Shown here piece after piece: positions 58,813 to 64,000 of a DNA stretch of 64,000 nucleotides. The position numbers and the translations under genes were made by a program. The notes under the pieces are model-generated. The model was not told where the DNA came from and did not search any database. It saw only the letters and a list, made by a program, of their open reading frames with translations. Every line of letters starts with the position of its first letter. Position 1 is the first letter of the stretch. This stretch comes from a virus, in the IMG/VR virus record IMGVR_UViG_3300027798_000020, positions 32,001 through 96,000 of that record. One strand, written 5' to 3'.

Positions 58813-59333
58813 TGAAGGTCATACAAATTTTATCAGAAGTGTATGGTCGTAATCCAGACACAATGAGTCCCGGTGATTACGATCGTTACCAGCAAAATCA
58901 AATGGATTCTGAAAGACGTAATTTTAAACGTGGTGAAATGGAACATGAATTAGGTCACGAAGATGATCCCGACTTTGAAAGAAAACTACGTCAGCAACAA
59001 AAGAACAAAGACCGCGGCCCTTGGTACTTACGTGTTAACGGAAAGATACTAAAAAGCCAAGGCGAACCTAAGACGTTTGAATGGAAAAAAGGTGCTAATA
59101 ACTATGCCCTGGCAATAATCAAAAATAAACCTGAATTACAAGGTAAGATTATGCTTACCAAACGCCCGCAAGACGACGAAACAGTGGTAGAGATTGCCTC
59201 TAGCGGTGCAACAACTGCCGGTGATATGTCGGTCGGAGCAGTACATAAGAATCAAAGCCCTAAGATGCAAACGCCCACAGATAACGCCGTAGACGGCGAT
59301 AATCTACTGACCGGCGGCAGCATCAAACGCTAA
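58812..59333 (+). CDS. hypothetical modular protein, putative internal head protein
   Basis: MKVIQILSE leader; coupled ORF. Confidence 0.7.
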   Translation: MKVIQILSEVYGRNPDTMSPGDYDRYQQNQMDSERRNFKRGEMEHELGHEDDPDFERKLRQQQKNKDRGPWYLRVNGKILKSQGEPKTFEWKKGANNYALAIIKNKPELQGKIMLTKRPQDDETVVEIASSGATTAGDMSVGAVHKNQSPKMQTPTDNAVDGDNLLTGGSIKR

Positions 59334-59358
59334 ATATAAGACTACGGAGTTTTTTACC

Positions 59359-60633
59359 ATGCAAGATATGAACGAACCACAATCAGCAATGCCAACAGAT
59401 CATGAAGGCGCAATGGCCAAGGCTGATCTATACAAACTAGCAAATTATAGCTATAAGCTGTTTAAAATGTTAGATGGAGACCAACAATTAGAAGGTTGGG
59501 TCCAAGCTAAGATTACTAAAGCGGCCGATTACATTGCGTCTGTGTATCACTACATGGAATACGAGATGAAATTTAGCGAATACGGAGAACAGTTAGAAAC
59601 TGCCGACGTATACTCTGAAAGTCAACGAGTTGAACTGCGTAACAAGCTGATGGAAGCTAAAGACAAGATTAAACAGTTAAAGCAGAAGCAAGCTGAAAAA
59701 ATGTCTAAGAAAGATGTTAAAGAAGAAAAAGAAGAAAAGTCGTCAACTGGTGGTAAGATTGATCGTAGTAAAAAAGGTGTTACCAAGCATACACAAAATC
59801 CAAATCGTTTTAGCGATGAGCCGCATACAGAACCAAAGTCACAAGCCAAGTCACAATCAGCTGCCGATAAAGCAAGTGACAAGGCTGCTGACAAAGCAGA
59901 AGAAAAAGAAGGCAAGAACTGGGAAAAGCGTTTTGGTAAAGATTCCGTAACTCGTGTTAAAGACGGCCAAAAAGTTAAAGAAGCACTTGATCCTGTAGGT
60001 AAAGAAGACGACGACGTAGACAATGACGGTCAAAAGAATACCAAGTCTGACAAGTATATCAAAACAAAACGTGCCGCTGTAAGTAAAGCAGTAGCTAAAA
60101 ATGTTAAAGAAGCTGCCGATGAAAAATGTAACCATACTGCCAAAGGCAAAAAATGCCCAGTGCATGGTTTGAAAGAATGTGGCGGCATGTCTGAAGCTTC
60201 CAAGCCAGACTTCTTAGACGTAAACAAAAACAAAAACAAAAAAGAACCAATGAAGCAGGCTATTGCTGACACAAAGAAAGGCACTGCACCGAAGAAAGGT
60301 GTAAATCCTTTTGCTAAAAAAGATTCTCCAGTTAAAAAAGCTGTTGCTAAAGCAAAAGCCAAAATGGAAGGTTCTATTCAAGGCGGTGTATGGGTAAGCA
60401 GTCCCGACAAAGGTGTTCCTCCCCCACAAGACGTAGACGGCGGAAGCGTTGCCCCTGCAAAGAAAGCTAAAAGCCCTTTCCCAAGCCGTAATGATCCAAA
60501 GAAGGCAGCAGGTGCGGCTGCTACTAAACCTGGCACGGCTAATCCAGCAATGCCAAGTCGTAACAAAGAAACAGTAAAAGAATCTGCAGATTTGTTTCGT
60601 ATGAAGCAATTAATGACTCGCTTAAACGGATAA
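59359..60633 (+). CDS. highly charged modular protein, putative internal head/core protein
   Basis: DHEGAMAK...LEGWVQAKITKAADY domain followed by Lys/Glu-rich modules. Confidence 0.75.
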   Translation: MQDMNEPQSAMPTDHEGAMAKADLYKLANYSYKLFKMLDGDQQLEGWVQAKITKAADYIASVYHYMEYEMKFSEYGEQLETADVYSESQRVELRNKLMEAKDKIKQLKQKQAEKMSKKDVKEEKEEKSSTGGKIDRSKKGVTKHTQNPNRFSDEPHTEPKSQAKSQSAADKASDKAADKAEEKEGKNWEKRFGKDSVTRVKDGQKVKEALDPVGKEDDDVDNDGQKNTKSDKYIKTKRAAVSKAVAKNVKEAADEKCNHTAKGKKCPVHGLKECGGMSEASKPDFLDVNKNKNKKEPMKQAIADTKKGTAPKKGVNPFAKKDSPVKKAVAKAKAKMEGSIQGGVWVSSPDKGVPPPQDVDGGSVAPAKKAKSPFPSRNDPKKAAGAAATKPGTANPAMPSRNKETVKESADLFRMKQLMTRLNG

Positions 60634-60637
60634 TTAT

Positions 60638-61690
60638 ATGGACATGAAGAAACTTCTACAGACCTTAGACAGCTCTTCTAAAAAGGCTGCAGAAGGGTCC
60701 AGCGACATGAAAAAACTTCTTCAGGTGGTTACCGAAGGTAAGAATCCTAAGACTAATAGATTGTCACAGGCAGAAAATATAGTGTATATGAATACACCTA
60801 AACCAAAGCCAGTTGATCTAAACGAAACTCCTAGTCTGTTTAAAACTTATCTAAAGCTAGTTGAAGAAGAAGACATTAATCAAGAAGACAACTTAAGACT
60901 AAAATTGTCTGAACACTTGTCCGAAGTAAAAAGTACTCCTGCACCAAAGCCACCTAACTTTGTAGCCAAACACGCTATGAAAACAACCAGCGGTGCTGGC
61001 GCACACACAAATAAAAAGCGAGCTGAAAAGCAAGGCGATGTCAAACACAAGAAACAGGCAGTTCCTGTAGATGAAAACTTATTGACAATGGAAAGTCAAA
61101 GTGTGTTAGAAGGCAGCGCACACGGATATAATGTTACTAAATTTTATAGAAAATTTAGAGACCAGAGTAAAATTACTAGGTGGTTAAAGAAAGAAGCGGG
61201 CCTGCCAAAAGAAACAAAGCTGTACTTTGATGATGCTGATCTAGTGTTAGGCAGTGATACTATTGTGCCATATGCTCTAGTTGATGAAACTTTAAAATTT
61301 AACGATTTACTAACTGCACTAGTTAAAGTAACAGGTGGCACAGCAAAACAAAAAGTAGACGGTGTGTATAGATCGCAAGGTGTAGATGAAAACTTATCCC
61401 CGCCAGATGGAGCAACTGCTCCGCCACCAAAAGGCAAAGATGGTCAGTATCCTATTGTAACATCTGGACCACACAAAGGTAAAAGATGGAGCCCACAAAC
61501 TCCGGGCCCTACAAATCCAGCGTTCAAAGAAGGTGTAGCAGGCCCACAGCACTGCTGGCCTGGGCACAGAAAAGTTGGCACCCAACCTGGTACTGGCAAG
61601 AACGCAGGTAAGCGTGTAAACGACTGCGAGAAGATTAAAAAAGAAAGCGTTAAGCCTAAAACAACACCAGTGAACGAAGGCGACGAGTAA
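60638..61690 (+). CDS. modular hypothetical protein, putative internal head protein
   Basis: Duplicated DMKKLLQ leader; CWPGHRKVG...VNDC.K module. Confidence 0.75.
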   Translation: MDMKKLLQTLDSSSKKAAEGSSDMKKLLQVVTEGKNPKTNRLSQAENIVYMNTPKPKPVDLNETPSLFKTYLKLVEEEDINQEDNLRLKLSEHLSEVKSTPAPKPPNFVAKHAMKTTSGAGAHTNKKRAEKQGDVKHKKQAVPVDENLLTMESQSVLEGSAHGYNVTKFYRKFRDQSKITRWLKKEAGLPKETKLYFDDADLVLGSDTIVPYALVDETLKFNDLLTALVKVTGGTAKQKVDGVYRSQGVDENLSPPDGATAPPPKGKDGQYPIVTSGPHKGKRWSPQTPGPTNPAFKEGVAGPQHCWPGHRKVGTQPGTGKNAGKRVNDCEKIKKESVKPKTTPVNEGDE

Positions 61691-61691
61691 C

Positions 61692-62129
61692 ATGGAAGAT
61701 TTAAAGCAGTCAATGAAAGTAGCTATGGCTAGCACCTTTGTGTTTTACATGAAAGCACACTACTTTCATTTCAATGTTGAAGGTATATTCTTTAAACAGT
61801 TCCATGATTTATTTGGTGCTATATACGAAGAAGTATACGGCAGCATTGATCAGTTTGGTGAAGAAATTCGCGCACTAGGATCTTATACACCAATGAGCAT
61901 TGGCAGATTTCAGGAACTTAGTGTTATTGACGAACCACCCGGTGTAGTCAGTGCTGAAGAAATGGTTAACGAACTTATGCAAGACAACGCCAAATTGATT
62001 GAACTACTTAATCAAGTATTTGGTCTTGCAGATTCAACTAATGAACAAGGATTAGCTGATTTTATAGCTGGTCGTTTAGACTCACATAAAAAACATGCTT
62101 GGATGCTTAGAGCAACTAGCAAAGGATAA
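61692..62129 (+). CDS. dps: Dps family ferritin-like protein
   Basis: K.H.FHFNVEG..F.QFH.LF...YEE....D..GEEIRALG...HKKHAWML. Confidence 0.92.
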   Translation: MEDLKQSMKVAMASTFVFYMKAHYFHFNVEGIFFKQFHDLFGAIYEEVYGSIDQFGEEIRALGSYTPMSIGRFQELSVIDEPPGVVSAEEMVNELMQDNAKLIELLNQVFGLADSTNEQGLADFIAGRLDSHKKHAWMLRATSKG

Positions 62130-62132
62130 ATC

Positions 62133-63944
62133 ATGGACATAAAAAATATTATTGCAAGACTACGACAAATCAACGAAGCGTTGAGTTTGCAAGATGTGCA
62201 GGCAGCTGAAAAGCAGGCAATGGATGCGGCAGCGGCAAAGAAAAAATCAGGTGGATGGGGTGGATTTACTACTCTTGATCCAGTAACTGCCGGTAACGAT
62301 GCATTAGCGGCGTTGGCTGCAAAAAGTGGTTTGCCTGGACTGATGAACAGCAAAGGTGAATTTGTTGTTGCGCAAGGTGATGCAGAGTTTCATTCTAAGC
62401 CAAATAGTCCAAGAACAGCACCTCCTAACAGAGATGACACACTAGCATTACAAAAGCTAGGGTTGATTCCGGGCAATGCACAAGGTCCAAGTGGATTAGC
62501 AAACATGCTGACTAGAGGTGATGCTGAAAGAGAATTTCAAGCTAGTAAAACCGACTCTGCTAGAACTGGCGCAACTAACACTAGCAATGAATTTATAAAG
62601 AGACGCCTGGGTCAGCTTAAGAATCTAGTGGCTAGAATTAGATCAAAAGGTGCGGCAGCAGGTGGAGCAACACCCGGTGCTCCTGCGCAATCAGGTAAGT
62701 CTGTAATGAAGCCGCCAACTCAGGCCCAAACTCAAGGGTGGGATGTTCCGGGAGTTAACATAGTTAAAGAATCAATACATAGTTCACTATCAAATATATT
62801 AAAAGAAGAATTTGGATACGATCTAAGTGAAAAGGTAACCTTAGGCACTGGACCTGTTGTCCAACAAGACATAGGTAACGGTATAACTATCAATGCTGGT
62901 CAATACCAAAAAGAAGTAGCATTAATTAGAAAGATCATGGCTGAACTTGCAGATATTGATGATCCAGAAGTTATTGCCGCGTTACAAGATGCACAAGCCG
63001 CATTAGACGAATTAGCAAAAGGTTCCTCTGCAGGTGGTTCGGGCAGTGCAGGTGACAAAGAAAAAGATCGTGCTAGAATGAAAGAGCTTGTGGCTCTTAC
63101 TAAGAAGCCTCCAGTTAGTGATACTGACATGGAAGAATCAACTCAACCAAAATCATTAAGTGAAAGCATGGGTGCTATTAGAAATAAACTTCTGTTATTA
63201 GAAGCACCGTTGCCTGTTCCAGCAGGCGCAGGTCGTAACGCTATTGCTACACGCCCCAATTTACCTGCAAAACGTCCCGGTGCTGCCGACGATGTTATTG
63301 ATGTTGATGCTAGAGTAATTCCTAACAAATCGGGAATGAGTATGGGGCAAAAAGTTGCCATCGGTACCGGTGCTGTAGGTGCAGGGACTGCAGGTGTTAC
63401 TGCTCTCAACGGAGAAAAACCAGCTCGTGATCCAAACGGAGCATATCGTGGAGATAGAACTGACGTAAAACCTACTACTCCGGCCCGTGATCCAAACGGA
63501 GCATATCGTGGAGATAGAACTGACGTAAAACCTACTGCGGCTACAGGACCAACAACTGCGGCGCCAGCAGATGCGCCAGCACAGTCAGGTAAAGCCGCGG
63601 GTGCTGGTAGTGATTACACTATCGTTAAGGGTGACAATCTTACAAAGATCAGTAAAAAGTTTGGCGTAAGCATCCAAGACATTATGAAAGCCAATCCTTA
63701 CATTAAAGATCCAAACTTGATTTATGCAGGTAAGACTTTGAAAATTCCAGGTGGGGCAGCTGATCAAGGCGGCACTACTTCTGGAAGTGTTGGCGGTGGC
63801 AAAACTAATCTTACAAAATGGTATGCTAGCGAAATGGCAGAACTAGAGACACTTATCGGCAAGTATGCTAACGACCCAGAGATGGCTGACGATGTTAAAA
63901 CGGCAAAAGCTCAGTTAGACGCACTTAAAGCTACTGGACAATAA
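62133..63944 (+). CDS. LysM-domain modular protein
   Basis: YTIVKGDNLTKISKKFGVSIQDIMKANPYIKDPNLIYAGKTLKIP LysM near the C-terminus. Confidence 0.85.
   Translation: MDIKNIIARLRQINEALSLQDVQAAEKQAMDAAAAKKKSGGWGGFTTLDPVTAGNDALAALAAKSGLPGLMNSKGEFVVAQGDAEFHSKPNSPRTAPPNRDDTLALQKLGLIPGNAQGPSGLANMLTRGDAEREFQASKTDSARTGATNTSNEFIKRRLGQLKNLVARIRSKGAAAGGATPGAPAQSGKSVMKPPTQAQTQGWDVPGVNIVKESIHSSLSNILKEEFGYDLSEKVTLGTGPVVQQDIGNGITINAGQYQKEVALIRKIMAELADIDDPEVIAALQDAQAALDELAKGSSAGGSGSAGDKEKDRARMKELVALTKKPPVSDTDMEESTQPKSLSESMGAIRNKLLLLEAPLPVPAGAGRNAIATRPNLPAKRPGAADDVIDVDARVIPNKSGMSMGQKVAIGTGAVGAGTAGVTALNGEKPARDPNGAYRGDRTDVKPTTPARDPNGAYRGDRTDVKPTAATGPTTAAPADAPAQSGKAAGAGSDYTIVKGDNLTKISKKFGVSIQDIMKANPYIKDPNLIYAGKTLKIPGGAADQGGTTSGSVGGGKTNLTKWYASEMAELETLIGKYANDPEMADDVKTAKAQLDALKATGQ
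63426..63536 (+). repeat. 60-nt period tandem duplication (51 nt identical)
   Basis: 63426-63476 is identical to 63486-63536; encodes (PA)RDPNGAYRGDRTDVKPT twice. Confidence 0.92.
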
Positions 63945-63958
63945 TTTTATCCACTCCT

Positions 63959-63989
63959 AAAATGGCAGACTAAGTCTGCCATTTTTTTT
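63959..63989 (+). terminator. intrinsic terminator
   Basis: AAAATGGCAGAC-taa-GTCTGCCATTTT ending in a T8 tract. Confidence 0.88.
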
Positions 63990-64000
63990 GATTTAGCTAT

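Noticed and set aside
63426-63536. Two 51-nt identical repeats as a mini-CRISPR
   Set aside because: The spacer is only 9 nt, the period of 60 keeps the reading frame, and it lies within a CDS, so it is a coding tandem duplication.

Overview
This is a 64-kb, AT-rich, gene-dense segment of a large (jumbo-type, T4-like/myovirus-style) phage genome, almost entirely on the + strand and in the standard genetic code. The host is probably a Gram-negative proteobacterium, judged from the spanins, lipoproteins, ClpA and ErpA. From left to right it holds: (1) 0-10.7 kb, small early genes, a lipoprotein cluster, ClpP, ATP-dependent DNA ligase, YccA and a MazG-like gene; (2) 10.8-16.1 kb, a radical SAM/epimerase/glycosyltransferase-like/SGNH module; (3) 16-21.8 kb, QueD, a cytidylyltransferase, UvsE and ErpA; (4) 21.8-42.4 kb, a virion/tail block with a 3482-aa protein and a subtilase; (5) 42.4-47.1 kb, a DnaE fragment, GroES, clamp loader and PhoH; (6) 47.1-51.8 kb, a lysis cassette interrupted by a B12-type radical SAM gene; (7) 51.9-55.6 kb, DnaJ and ClpA; (8) 55.7-64 kb, a run of putative capsid-targeted internal proteins ending in Dps, a LysM protein and a terminator. 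Two promoter classes are visible: sigma70-like TTGAC-N16/17-TA(T/C/A)AAT and a T4-late-like TAAATA motif. The most interesting signals are modular 'string-of-peptides' internal proteins separated by prohead-protease-like hydrophobic-X-E sites (including a KxDG/HxGH enzyme pair), phycobiliprotein-like C-x-R-D repeats in the giant virion protein, a DnaE piece that ends just before the catalytic PDxD motif, hairpins that hide the start codons of late genes, and structured leaders upstream of queD and phoH. All product calls come from motif recognition by eye; no database searches were run.
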